DNA from: Oceanispirochaeta sp.
Lineage (GTDB): Bacteria > Spirochaetota > Spirochaetia > DSM-2461
Assembly: GCA_963666275.2 (NCBI GenBank)
Contig: CAXXOA010000001.1
Span: 1,664,001 to 1,728,000 of the forward strand
Reading direction: 5' to 3'
DNA: 64,000 bases
Under the pieces are notes generated by a model, which saw only the letters and a list, made by a program, of their open reading frames with translations, ran no database searches and had not been told where the DNA came from. The position numbers and the translations under genes were made by a program. Of the stretch, positions 29,360 to 39,173 are shown piece after piece (the stretch's first letter is position 1; each line of letters starts with the position of its first letter).

Positions 29360-30439
29360 ATGGTTGTATCAGCAAAGAGGCAGGAACTGAAAAAGCCTGC
29401 GAAAAAAAAGACAAATCTGGAATTTATCTCATTAAAAAAAGCAGGAAATCCTGCTCCGGTTACGGAGTTTCTTCTGACAAGAGGGTATTCTGTTATATTT
29501 TCTCTGGCTCTTGTCTGTTTTCTTATGATCTGCGGGACCGAATATCCCTACAGATATATGAATCCCCTTATGGCGGCCGGTCTGAATCATCTCTCTTTTC
29601 CCGATGAGGCTCTGGATGCGGTTGAACCTGTCCGGATTCAGAAAGCCGATACAGGTATGAGGATGCCTGAGAATCCCGTGACGGAAAGAAAGGAACTCTG
29701 GGACGTTCCCCACTATACCTATTATCTCAACCAGGGCGATACCATTTCTCAGATCGCCCGGAAGAACTCTGTTACCATCAGTACAATCCTGAGTGTCAAT
29801 AAGATCGAAAATGTAAAAAAAATGGATGAAGGACAGAAACTCCTTATTCCCCGAACAGACGGCATCCTGCATACACTGGAGAAAGGGGAGACCCTGCAGA
29901 GCATTCTCGAAACCTATGAGCTGGATAGAGAGTCTCTGTATTATTATAACCCCCATATCCCTTATGAAACCGAAGAACCCCAGCTGCAGGAAGGGCAGGA
30001 GATATTCCTTCCCGGGGTGACCCTTCCTGAACGGGAACTCCGGAGTCATATGGGAGAGCTGTTCATTTATCCTGTTCAGGGACATGTGATCAAAAACTAC
30101 GGTAATATCCGTGATTCAGTGACTCAGATAGAATCATTCCATAACGGAATTGATATTAAGGGGAATTCAGGAGATCCCGTGAAAGCGGCTCTTGACGGGA
30201 AGGTAATTGCCATAGGATTTAATTCCTCCTACGGAAATTACATCATTCTGGAACATAGTGGAAACTATAGAAGCCTGTATGCCCACCTGAGAGATTCTAC
30301 GGTACAGAAGAATGAACGGGTCAGGCAGGGAGATCAGATCGGGGAACTGGGTATGACAGGATATGCCAGAATCCCCCATCTGCATTTTTCCCTGTTTAAG
30401 GGCAAAAAAAGTATTGATCCAATAGAGTATCTACACTAA
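29360..30439 (+). CDS. LysM/M23 family peptidoglycan endopeptidase
   Basis: Two LysM repeats; HNGID, YAHL, PHLHF. Confidence 0.92.
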   Translation: MVVSAKRQELKKPAKKKTNLEFISLKKAGNPAPVTEFLLTRGYSVIFSLALVCFLMICGTEYPYRYMNPLMAAGLNHLSFPDEALDAVEPVRIQKADTGMRMPENPVTERKELWDVPHYTYYLNQGDTISQIARKNSVTISTILSVNKIENVKKMDEGQKLLIPRTDGILHTLEKGETLQSILETYELDRESLYYYNPHIPYETEEPQLQEGQEIFLPGVTLPERELRSHMGELFIYPVQGHVIKNYGNIRDSVTQIESFHNGIDIKGNSGDPVKAALDGKVIAIGFNSSYGNYIILEHSGNYRSLYAHLRDSTVQKNERVRQGDQIGELGMTGYARIPHLHFSLFKGKKSIDPIEYLH

Positions 30440-30462
30440 GATAGAGAGGATTGAATAACAGG

Positions 30463-30482
30463 TTGTCCACAGGTTATCCACC
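30463..30482 (+). promoter_or_regulatory. Tandem DnaA-box-like pair
   Basis: TTGTCCACA (30463-30471) and TTATCCACC (30474-30482), each one mismatch from TTATCCACA. Confidence 0.45.
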
Positions 30483-30498
30483 AGGAGGTTCGACAACG

Positions 30499-30630
30499 AT
30501 GAGAAAACTGGTATTCTTTATTATTGCCATGCTGGCTCTTTTCAATCTGATAAGGGCTTTTGCAACTTATAACAATCAGACCTATCCGGATGATCCCATG
30601 GAGATTATCCAGTATGAGCCTGAGAGTTAA
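30499..30630 (+). CDS. Small 43-aa membrane/secreted protein
   Basis: Not in ORF track: MRKLVFFIIAMLALFNLIRAFATYNNQTYPDDPMEIIQYEPES; AGGAGG RBS; followed by terminator. Confidence 0.6.
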   Translation: MRKLVFFIIAMLALFNLIRAFATYNNQTYPDDPMEIIQYEPES

Positions 30631-30662
30631 GACTTATACTCAAGTCGAAAAATAGAAAACCA

Positions 30663-30692
30663 AATCCGCCTGTAAAAGGGCGGTTTTTTTTT
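30663..30692 (+). terminator. Intrinsic terminator
   Basis: CCGCC...GGCGG stem followed by T9. Confidence 0.8.
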
Positions 30693-30763
30693 GAACAATC
30701 CCGACCGCAACTGATTTTTTGTAATATTAGTATATAATATTCATTTATGGAGGATTGTTCTTA

Positions 30764-31552
30764 ATGAAAAACACAAAATTACTTTTCCTGTTAATGCTTA
30801 TATCACTCATTACCCTGAATGCCGGAGCAGCCACGCTGAAGGGGATGTCCCTGAACGGGTCCACAGGGCTTGTGAGCATCCCCAGCGGAAGGATCGGATG
30901 GGAGAAGAGTACCGATTTCGGTCTGGATTTCGGATACCACTCCATCATCGATGAAAATGAAAACTATATTCACATTCCCAAAGCATCCATCAGCCTTTTA
31001 AAAATGGCGGAAATTGGTTTTGCCTATGACAGCCAGGATGACAGGGACAATGAAGACATGATTATCCACGGAAAACTTCAGCTGCCCATTAAAGGCAATT
31101 CCGCAGTGGCGGTCGGTGGGAACTATCAGCTTCTGAAGCAGTTTGACGAGGACTATACGATTACCCAGATCTATCTGGCCGCTACCTATCCGGGAGAGTT
31201 CTTCAATATGCCTGCAGAAACCACCGCCGTTGTGGGAAAACGCTTTGGAGACACCGCTCCTGATGATGCGATTGATTTCGGTATGGGATTTGATCTTGTT
31301 CTGTTTCCTGAAACCTTCCAGGGCTATATACACTGGATTAATGACTTCTCCAATTTTTCCTATCAGCATCAGGCCTTTATCGGAGTCAATGCCAATTCCA
31401 GAGGTGTGTTCAATACAGGCATCCGGATTGACATCGCCAGTATTCCCGAACTGTCCAAATACAAGTTTGCCGTTGATGCCATCATGACCGATGCCCTGGA
31501 TGAAAACCGGGCCTTCTGTCTGGGTGTGTCTTTCGGCCTCCCAGTAAAATAG
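30764..31552 (+). CDS. Exported protein, probable outer-membrane beta-barrel
   Basis: Signal peptide; G.TGL..IPS motif; alternating amphipathic strands; C-terminal LGVSFGL. Confidence 0.65.
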   Translation: MKNTKLLFLLMLISLITLNAGAATLKGMSLNGSTGLVSIPSGRIGWEKSTDFGLDFGYHSIIDENENYIHIPKASISLLKMAEIGFAYDSQDDRDNEDMIIHGKLQLPIKGNSAVAVGGNYQLLKQFDEDYTITQIYLAATYPGEFFNMPAETTAVVGKRFGDTAPDDAIDFGMGFDLVLFPETFQGYIHWINDFSNFSYQHQAFIGVNANSRGVFNTGIRIDIASIPELSKYKFAVDAIMTDALDENRAFCLGVSFGLPVK

Positions 31553-31571
31553 GCAACACACTTTTCAATCA

Positions 31572-31603
31572 GCTCCCTTCTTCTGCAGGAGGGAGTTTTT
31601 TTT
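31572..31603 (+). terminator. Intrinsic terminator
   Basis: CTCCCT...AGGGAG stem followed by T8. Confidence 0.8.
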
Positions 31604-31742
31604 ATAAAGCCTGGAAAAGAAAAGCCCATTCTGTAAAAGGCCCCCGAGCCTTAAAGGGGAGTCATTTATCACGTGATTATTTCAACCGATTAAACAGATG
31701 AGTGCCACCCCTTTAGGGGCCGGGGGCCTAAACCCCGGATAT

Positions 31743-31768
31743 AAAAAAACGGCTCCCCGGGGAGCCGT
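31743..31768 (-). terminator. secA terminator
   Basis: Perfect palindrome ACGGCTCCCCGGGGAGCCGT with T-run on the minus strand. Confidence 0.8.
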
Positions 31769-31790
31769 CAGTAAAGCAGGCCTGATTGAA

Positions 31791-34535
31791 TCAGGCGCCG
31801 CAGCAGTTTTTATACTTTTTACCGCTGCCGCAGGGGCAGGGTTCATTCCGGCCTACCTTGGGGGTCGCCCGGCGGATCTGCATTTTCTGGGCGTTTGCCT
31901 CACTGCGTTCCTGGGATTTACCGGCGGCAAAACCGTTGACCGCAGAGTGGGACGCCTGGATAGGTCTTGAGGCGCCCTGGTACCTTTCTTTAGCCGGGGC
32001 TTTCCGCACCTTCACACGGAAGATTTTCCGGGCCAGACTGATCTGTATATCATCAATCAGCTGGTCAAAGATCTGAAAACCTTCGTTTTTATACTCTACA
32101 AGAGGGTTTTTCTGGGCATAGGATCTCAGATAGACCGCTTCTCTCAGGGCTTCCAGATTTTCCAGGTGTTCCTGCCAGCGGTTATCAAGGTTTTTCAGAT
32201 ACTCAAAGCGGATAAACTGGTTGAGCTGCTCTTTTCCCACCAGGGTATTTTTCTCTTCCAGATCGTCTTTCAGAAATTTCAGAAGAATTTCCTCTTTTTG
32301 AGAGTCTTCAACCTCCGCCAGATTAACGGTCTGTTCCTCAGGAGAGTAGTTGAAGTTCTCTTTCAGCCTTGTGATCAGCCGGGGAAGAGCCTCATCCAAG
32401 CCTTTGCGGGTATCGGTCCTGTAATCATCCATAAGGATGGAAAGGATTTCCTCACCGGTCTCCATGATCTTACCAGTCAGATCTTCGGAAGTCAGGATTT
32501 CATCTCTTGTGGAATAGATGTAGTTTCTCTGTTTACTCAGGACATCATCATAATCCAGAAGGTGTTTCCGGATTTCATAGTTTCTGTCTTCCACCCGTTT
32601 CTGAGCTTTTTCAAGAGATCTGTTGATAAGGGGATGGTGGAGAGGATCATCTCCCTCCATGCCCAGTTTCGTCATGGTTTTCTTGAAGTTTTCTCCCCCG
32701 AAAAGACGCATCAGATCATCATCCAGAGAGATATAGAACTGACTGAATCCGGGGTCACCCTGCCGGCCCGACCGTCCTCTGAGCTGGTTGTCGATACGAC
32801 GGGATTCATGGCGTTCAGAACCGATGACATAGAGACCGCCCAGTTGACGGACCTCCTCATTCTGTTCCCGCCAGGCTTCGGTTTCTTTTCTGATCAGGGC
32901 CTGGATCTCTTCTTCCGTAGCATCCTGACCGGCTTTTCTCCGGGCTCTGAACTCGGGATTTCCTCCCAGTTTGATGTCCGTTCCACGACCGGCCATATTG
33001 GTTGCAATGGTGATCGAACCTTTCGCACCGGCTTCTGCAATGATCAGAGCCTCACGGTGGTGGTTTTTAGCATTGAGGATTTCATGCTTGATACCGCGTT
33101 TTTTAAGGTTCTGAGACAGCTTTTCCGACTTGTCTACAGACACGGTTCCTACAAGGATAGGCTGACCTTTACGGCTGACTTTCTCGATGGTGTCGCATAT
33201 GGCATTGAACTTGAATTCTTCGTTCAGATATATAACATCATCTTTATCCACACGGTTAACCGGACGGTTGGTGGGAATCACCACAACATCCATCTCGTAG
33301 ATCCTGGCAAACTCCCGGGCTTCCGTTTCGGCTGTACCGGTCATACCGGAAATTTTATCATACATCCTGAAAAAGTTCTGAAAAGTAATGCTGGCAAGGG
33401 TCCGGTTCTTCTGGGCAATTTTAATATTCTCTTTTGCCTCAATCGCCTGATGGAGTCCGTCGGAATACCGGCGGCCCGTCAGGACTCGGCCGGTGAACTC
33501 ATCGACAATCTGAACTCCCCCGTCCTGAATCACATAATCCACATCATTATGAAAAAGATGATGGGCCTTCATGGCCTGGGTAAAATAGTGGATATATTCG
33601 AAATTCTCCTCATCAAAGAGCGAGCCCTGTATGAGCTTTCTGCTGTGGAGGAGTTTTTCGATATTGTTCATACCTTCATCGGTAAAAACAACTTTCTTGC
33701 TCTTCTCATCGAGCTTATAGTCACCTTTGGGCTGGATACCCGTCATGGGATCAACAGGAGGATAGTCTCCGGTTTTCGGATCTTTTTCACACTCTTTCAG
33801 AAAAGAGACAAGCTGATTCACCTGGGTGAATTTGCTTGTATCCTCCTGAATGGGGCCTGAAATGATCAGAGGGGTTCTGGCTTCGTCAATCAGGATACTG
33901 TCGATTTCATCGATGATACAGTAGGGATGGTTTTTCTGGGATTTTTTGTCTATGCTCCAGCGCATATTGTCCCTGAGATAGTCAAAACCGAATTCATTGT
34001 TGGTTCCGAAGGTAATATCCCGGCTGTATTCGATCTGCCGTCTTTCAGGATCCATTTCAGATAGAATCACTCCAACTGAAATACCCAGATAGTCATAGAC
34101 CGGTTTCATCCAGGCCGCATCTCTGGAGGCCAGGTAGTCATTGACTGTGACAATATGAACACCCTTTCCCGCCAGAGCGTTCAGATAGGCTGGGGCAACA
34201 CTGGAAAGGGTTTTTCCCTCACCGGTCTTCATTTCCATGATTTTCCCCTGATGAAGAACAATCCCACCCAGGAGCTGTACATCATAGGGCCGTTCACCCA
34301 GGGTCCTGCGGGCGGCTTCCCGGCAGAGGGCGAAGGCTTCGGGGAGAATATCATCCAGAGTCTCTCCGGCAGATAATCTTGACTTGAATTCACCGGTGAG
34401 TTCCATAAACCGGTGATCGGCCAGTTCCATGGCCCATTTCTCTTTTGCATTGATTTTATGCAGTATAGGAAGCAGCTGTTTCAGATCCTTGTCCTGTTTG
34501 GAACCCAGGAGAAGGGATAATATCTTATTTACCAT
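31791..34535 (-). CDS. secA: Protein translocase subunit SecA
   Basis: [57 protein letters not shown]; start at MVNKIL. Confidence 0.99.
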   Translation of the reverse strand: MVNKILSLLLGSKQDKDLKQLLPILHKINAKEKWAMELADHRFMELTGEFKSRLSAGETLDDILPEAFALCREAARRTLGERPYDVQLLGGIVLHQGKIMEMKTGEGKTLSSVAPAYLNALAGKGVHIVTVNDYLASRDAAWMKPVYDYLGISVGVILSEMDPERRQIEYSRDITFGTNNEFGFDYLRDNMRWSIDKKSQKNHPYCIIDEIDSILIDEARTPLIISGPIQEDTSKFTQVNQLVSFLKECEKDPKTGDYPPVDPMTGIQPKGDYKLDEKSKKVVFTDEGMNNIEKLLHSRKLIQGSLFDEENFEYIHYFTQAMKAHHLFHNDVDYVIQDGGVQIVDEFTGRVLTGRRYSDGLHQAIEAKENIKIAQKNRTLASITFQNFFRMYDKISGMTGTAETEAREFARIYEMDVVVIPTNRPVNRVDKDDVIYLNEEFKFNAICDTIEKVSRKGQPILVGTVSVDKSEKLSQNLKKRGIKHEILNAKNHHREALIIAEAGAKGSITIATNMAGRGTDIKLGGNPEFRARRKAGQDATEEEIQALIRKETEAWREQNEEVRQLGGLYVIGSERHESRRIDNQLRGRSGRQGDPGFSQFYISLDDDLMRLFGGENFKKTMTKLGMEGDDPLHHPLINRSLEKAQKRVEDRNYEIRKHLLDYDDVLSKQRNYIYSTRDEILTSEDLTGKIMETGEEILSILMDDYRTDTRKGLDEALPRLITRLKENFNYSPEEQTVNLAEVEDSQKEEILLKFLKDDLEEKNTLVGKEQLNQFIRFEYLKNLDNRWQEHLENLEALREAVYLRSYAQKNPLVEYKNEGFQIFDQLIDDIQISLARKIFRVKVRKAPAKERYQGASRPIQASHSAVNGFAAGKSQERSEANAQKMQIRRATPKVGRNEPCPCGSGKKYKNCCGA

Positions 34536-34541
34536 TGCTAA

Positions 34542-34601
34542 AATGTACGGCTTTTCGGTGATGCCGTCAAGATTGACATTATAAAGAGAGCTGTGTAGGA
34601 T
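34542..34601. promoter_or_regulatory. Back-to-back divergent sigma70 promoters
   Basis: Plus: TTGACA(34573)-N17-TAGGAT; minus: TTGACG(34570)-N17-TACATT, then 6 nt, then secA ATG. Confidence 0.6.
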
Positions 34602-34644
34602 AATTTTACCCTTCAAAGGGGATTTGGGGAGCCAGGTAAATCAG

Positions 34645-35814
34645 ATGATCAAACGCTTATCTTTACTTTTCTTTTTCATCACAGCCCTGTTTTTGACCTC
34701 CTGCCGGCCGGATAACCAGGTTCTGGAAAAAGAGGACCTTTTCATTATCCCCATGGGCGTAACCGCAGAGGAACTGGATTATTTTTTCCGCAGCGGATCA
34801 CTTCTGCCCGGGCTGAGCGATCTTTTTGTTTTAAACGGACGAATCTTTATAAGCAGCAGCCACGCCGGCAAAGTTATGGAACTCAACTCCTACGGCGACC
34901 TGCTGAGCCTCGTATACAATCCCCAGACCAATCCTGAGCCTGTTCATTATCAGAACCAGGAGGATGATCAGGAATCTCTCATCCGCATCAGAAAATGGAA
35001 CTTCCGCAATATAGAGCATATCGCCGTCAGTGACAGGGGCATGTATATCGTCGATCAGGTGGAAGACAATCTTGTCTCCCAGTCCGGTGATACTCTCTAC
35101 AACAGAATTGTCCTCCTTTTTGATGAAGAAGGGGAGTTTGTGGATTCTCTCGGACAGGAGGGAATCAATGGAACACCCTTTGCCTATGTGAAAGATCTTC
35201 AGGTTACCGAGCAGGGCAATATTGTGGTTATAACCCAGTCGGTTCAGGAGAATACAGTCTACTGGTTCTCTCCGGGGGGCGCTCTCCTCTATAAAATCAT
35301 TCTGGGAGAAGATCAGCTGCCCGTTCCGGAAGAAGGCTCATGGGGGCCTGGACAGGTGGAAAACATTGCCGCGGATCCCGAGGAAGATAAAATCTATCTG
35401 AAAGTTTCCTTTTTTCCCCTGGATGATACAGAAGAACAGACAGCACTTAACAGACTCTATACTCTGGATCTCAGAGAGGGTGAGTATACAGGCTATTTTG
35501 AAATTCCCCATTTTGAAATTAATCTGGGTGACCAGGTTATTGAAGGAGTCAATGAATACCTGGGTTCCGTCAGGGGGGGGCTCCATTTCTTTCTGGGCTC
35601 CGACTACGGCGGGCGTTATCACCTGACCATCATGGATGAAACCGGAGCTGTGAAAACAACCAGGGTTCTGAATATTGAAGATCAGGACATTATCTATAAA
35701 AATATCTATCTGAATCCCTTAGGACTTCTGTCGGGAATCTTTTATGAGGAAAACGGTGCCAGGATCTCCTGGTGGAGAGCGGACAGAATAGCAGAAAGGT
35801 ATGCGGAAGATTAA
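34645..35814 (+). CDS. Conserved lipoprotein, beta-propeller-like
   Basis: Lipobox FLTSC; LGQEGINGTPF motif. Confidence 0.75.
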   Translation: MIKRLSLLFFFITALFLTSCRPDNQVLEKEDLFIIPMGVTAEELDYFFRSGSLLPGLSDLFVLNGRIFISSSHAGKVMELNSYGDLLSLVYNPQTNPEPVHYQNQEDDQESLIRIRKWNFRNIEHIAVSDRGMYIVDQVEDNLVSQSGDTLYNRIVLLFDEEGEFVDSLGQEGINGTPFAYVKDLQVTEQGNIVVITQSVQENTVYWFSPGGALLYKIILGEDQLPVPEEGSWGPGQVENIAADPEEDKIYLKVSFFPLDDTEEQTALNRLYTLDLREGEYTGYFEIPHFEINLGDQVIEGVNEYLGSVRGGLHFFLGSDYGGRYHLTIMDETGAVKTTRVLNIEDQDIIYKNIYLNPLGLLSGIFYEENGARISWWRADRIAERYAED

Positions 35815-36304
35815 CAACGCACCTGAAACAAGAACAGAGGATGATCTCTATTATGAGTACTCCCGTTCCGAGCGTCTGTCTCAATCTCACTTTGTCAACG
35901 GAAGAAGAGACCGTTCCCGCCGCTACAGCCTGAGCAGACTCCTCCTGTTTGATTTAATTTTTCTTTTCGTCATAGGCGGTATCATCCTTCCATTTATCAT
36001 ACAGAAAAATCTGAAGGACAGCATTGCTCCACTCCGGTTTGAAATGGAGCTCCGCCGGGATGACCAGGATGTCCTGGTTTCCCTTTTTATACGCAGCCGG
36101 GGGGAAATCTCAGGCGATGAGGGATTGCTGAAGATTGAATTGATCAGTAATGGAAATCCTGTGATAGAATGGGAGGAGATCCCCCCCGAACAGGGGGCTG
36201 TGAGTACCCTCCGCCATCGTCTTACAGGGGCGGCTTCCCGACAGACGGTCATCTGCCGGATCATTTGGAACAGCAGAGATGTCCGGCTGAACGGACAGAT
36301 CTGA
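35801..36304 (+). CDS. Hypothetical single-TM membrane protein
   Basis: One hydrophobic helix; overlaps upstream gene. Confidence 0.65.
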   Translation: MRKINNAPETRTEDDLYYEYSRSERLSQSHFVNGRRDRSRRYSLSRLLLFDLIFLFVIGGIILPFIIQKNLKDSIAPLRFEMELRRDDQDVLVSLFIRSRGEISGDEGLLKIELISNGNPVIEWEEIPPEQGAVSTLRHRLTGAASRQTVICRIIWNSRDVRLNGQI

Positions 36305-36427
36305 GAAACAGGGAATTGACAGAAAATTCTAAAATAAAAAAGTTGACTGTTATTTTTCTATTTAATATCATTTTAATCAGAGACGGAGAGAGTTCATGTC
36401 ATCTGTTTCTGGAGGATTAAGAAAACT

Positions 36428-36838
36428 ATGCAAATTTACTTTTTAGTTGTTTTAACTGATATCCTGTCCGGATTGATCCTGAGCGGTTCTTTCCTGGAAG
36501 GGAAAATCAATGAGTTTGCCACCTGTAATGCTTTTCTGCAGAAACCGAAATTCAAGCTGATTCTGGGGATACTCACATCACTGACAGCGCTTTTTACTCT
36601 GCTTCTGAAGATAACCCCGGCGGATATCGTGTTCGTGGGTGATCTGCTTCCCGGTTTGTACGGACTCCTGGCGGGTGCCTATCTGATCATGTCATTTTTC
36701 TACAGCAGTCTGGAAGAGACCCGCAGCTGGATGAAAAGTTTCGTGGATCTTATGGAAGATCAGGGCCACATTGTGGGACTTGCGGGAATCCTTATCGGAA
36801 TCATCCATTTCCTTGTTCCTTCAGCGGTCATCCTCTGA
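36428..36838 (+). CDS. Hypothetical 4-TM membrane protein
   Basis: Four hydrophobic segments; GDLLPG motif. Confidence 0.75.
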   Translation: MQIYFLVVLTDILSGLILSGSFLEGKINEFATCNAFLQKPKFKLILGILTSLTALFTLLLKITPADIVFVGDLLPGLYGLLAGAYLIMSFFYSSLEETRSWMKSFVDLMEDQGHIVGLAGILIGIIHFLVPSAVIL

Positions 36839-37240
36839 GTGTCCATGGGAATCAATAGATCAATCGCAGGCCTTGCTGAAAAAGACGGACTGTTCTTTCT
36901 TGCCAAAAGAAAACCCGGTGGTGATCTGGGTGGAAAATGGGAACTTCCCGGTGGAAAGCTGGAAGAGGGGGAGACTCCTCAGGACGCTATGCTCCGGGAG
37001 TGGCAGGAAGAACTTGAAATAGAGGTTTCCACAGGAAAACTTGTCACTTCAACTACATTTTCCCATAATTCTAAAGAGTTCCTTCTTGAGGTTTATAATG
37101 TTTCCTTTCAGCCGCAGGAGATGACCCTTAACGAGCATGTGCAGACAGGATGGTTTTCAAGAGAGGACATAAATGATCTGGATCTGGCTGGGTCCGACAG
37201 AAAAGCCCTCTCCACGATCTGGGATGAAGTTAAACTCTGA
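36839..37240 (+). CDS. MutT-like NUDIX hydrolase
   Basis: KWELPGGKLEEGETPQDAMLREWQEELEI Nudix box; start may be ATG 36845. Confidence 0.9.
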   Translation: MSMGINRSIAGLAEKDGLFFLAKRKPGGDLGGKWELPGGKLEEGETPQDAMLREWQEELEIEVSTGKLVTSTTFSHNSKEFLLEVYNVSFQPQEMTLNEHVQTGWFSREDINDLDLAGSDRKALSTIWDEVKL

Positions 37241-37252
37241 TTTTCTTTAAAC

Positions 37253-37678
37253 CTACTGCTTTCTGACTTCCAGGGTTTCTTTCTCCTCAACCATTATATC
37301 ATCATATCGCCCGGTTTCCGCGTGTCCCGTAAAGAAGTGGAGAAGATCATCCATATCATCCTGCAGGGATACCAGAGAAAACCTGAGGTAGCAGGTATTT
37401 TCCTGAATCTCCTCCCTATAGGGGTTATATCCCATATAGAGAGGATCAATGAGTTCCCGGAGCCTGTTCCTCAAACCGCCGTAGAATGCCTTATCCATCA
37501 TAATCAGCTGCAGGGTTCTGCCCTGTTTCTGGAAAACCTGATAGATTCCCTTTTCGGAGGGAACTATTTTGTGAATCAGGTATTTGTCCATAAGAATATA
37601 AGGGGACCATTTGACGGTGAAGCATCCCACACCGTCTTTTACAGTTGTCAGTTCAGTGGCATAGACGGTATTCCTCAA
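37253..37678 (-). CDS. Hypothetical protein with degenerate GIY-YIG-like motif
   Basis: VPSEKGIYQVF...GGLRNRLREL; overlaps glgC stop. Confidence 0.6.
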   Translation of the reverse strand: MRNTVYATELTTVKDGVGCFTVKWSPYILMDKYLIHKIVPSEKGIYQVFQKQGRTLQLIMMDKAFYGGLRNRLRELIDPLYMGYNPYREEIQENTCYLRFSLVSLQDDMDDLLHFFTGHAETGRYDDIMVEEKETLEVRKQ

Positions 37679-38952
37679 AGTACAGTCCCGTCGGGAATAA
37701 TTGTATTCTTGGGAATAATGATTATACCGTCCCGGACATAATGGGTTGCCCGTTCCACGTCTTCCCGGACAATGTCATCCACACCGATCCGGCAGTCTTT
37801 TCCGATCCTCACATTTTTGTCAATGATTGTTCTGCGGATCTGAGATCCCTCGCCGACGCCCAGGTTGGGAATCTTGAGATTTCTGTTCTTATCGATATTC
37901 CTTTCATTTTCGTAATAGTCCGCACCCATGCAGTAAACTTCGTTCAGATTGGCCCCTTTGTTCAGTATACTCCGGACCCCCACAATGGAATCTGTAACCG
38001 AATCGGCATTGATAATAGACCCCTCTGTTGCCAGGGCATGCTGGAAATTGCAGGCATTGATCTTGGAGGCCGGGAGATCCCTTCTATGGGTATAGATCGG
38101 GTTTTCCTTGTCATAGAGATTGAATTTGGGCCAGGGCTTTGCCAGATCCAGATTGGATTCGAAGAAATTGGTAATCGTTCCGATATCCTCCCAGTAGCCT
38201 TTATAGATATGAGCCCTGACATGGGCTTTTTCAATCATGGCGGGAATGACTTCTTTTCCGAAGTCGGTAAAATCATTGTCCAGGCCTCTGTCCATGGCTG
38301 AGGCATTGAAGATATAGATACCCATGGAGGCCAGATAGTCTTTTTCATCGGGAATATTCTCTTCCAGCTTCCGGGACCGGGGAATCTTGTATTCATCGAT
38401 ATTCATATCGGGGCCTGGTTTTTCAAGGAACTGGTTGATATCTCCCTTCTTATCCAGCTGGAGGATTCCCAGCTGATCCGCATCTTTTCTGGTCACAGGT
38501 GTCGCCGCAATGGTCACATCGGCGCCGCTGTGAATGTGTTCATTGAAGAACTGCTTCAGATTCATTCTGTAGAGCTGATCTCCCGAGAGGATGATATAGT
38601 GAGTCGGTTCGTGGGCATGAAAATGGTAGCTGTTCTGCCGGACCGCATCGGCGGTTCCCATATACCACTCGGTGCTGTCAAATGTCTGCTCAGCCGCGAG
38701 TATTTCAACAAATCCCCCTGTAAAGGCGTCGAACCTGTAGGTGGAACTGATATGGAAGTGAAGAGACGCTGTGTTGAACTGGGTAAGAATATAGATATTC
38801 CGAAGCTTGGAATTGATGCAGTTTGAAATGGGTATGTCCACCAGTCTGTACTTTCCGCCGAAAGGGACGGCGGGTTTGGATCTTTCCTTTGTCAGAGGAT
38901 AGAGTCTTGTCCCTTTTCCTCCCCCTAAAATTACGCTGAGAATCTCTGCCAT
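37675..38952 (-). CDS. glgC: Glucose-1-phosphate adenylyltransferase
   Basis: GGGKGTRLYPLTKERSKPAVPFGGKYRLVDIPISNC, GTADAVRQ, SGDQLY, ASMGIY. Confidence 0.98.
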   Translation of the reverse strand: MAEILSVILGGGKGTRLYPLTKERSKPAVPFGGKYRLVDIPISNCINSKLRNIYILTQFNTASLHFHISSTYRFDAFTGGFVEILAAEQTFDSTEWYMGTADAVRQNSYHFHAHEPTHYIILSGDQLYRMNLKQFFNEHIHSGADVTIAATPVTRKDADQLGILQLDKKGDINQFLEKPGPDMNIDEYKIPRSRKLEENIPDEKDYLASMGIYIFNASAMDRGLDNDFTDFGKEVIPAMIEKAHVRAHIYKGYWEDIGTITNFFESNLDLAKPWPKFNLYDKENPIYTHRRDLPASKINACNFQHALATEGSIINADSVTDSIVGVRSILNKGANLNEVYCMGADYYENERNIDKNRNLKIPNLGVGEGSQIRRTIIDKNVRIGKDCRIGVDDIVREDVERATHYVRDGIIIIPKNTIIPDGTVL

Positions 38953-39173
38953 ATGCTACTCCTTCAAATGTTGAACAGGGGACTCAAACCTAACAAAACT
39001 GTCTCTTCCCAATCCTGAGGGATCTTTAGTCCTTACATCTTTTTCTCACATTATAATTCACTATGCAAGGGGGTCAAGTTCTTTTCATATTCCAGTTGTA
39101 TCGAACGAAGATTCTCGATTACTATTAAAGCGGGATAAGGAAAAAAGACTAAAAATATGTTAAGGTATCTGCT

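Noticed and set aside
30463..30482. Replication origin
   Set aside because: Only two boxes, no extended AT-rich unwinding element and no dnaA/dnaN nearby.
32166..33860. 564-aa ORF antisense to secA, and similar shadow ORFs such as 615-1997
   Set aside because: Antisense to well-conserved genes, no recognisable motifs; expected from codon bias.
39102..39114. Gram-positive-type LexA box CGAACGAAGATTC upstream of the helicase
   Set aside because: Imperfect, and unlike the palindrome at umuD; could be chance.
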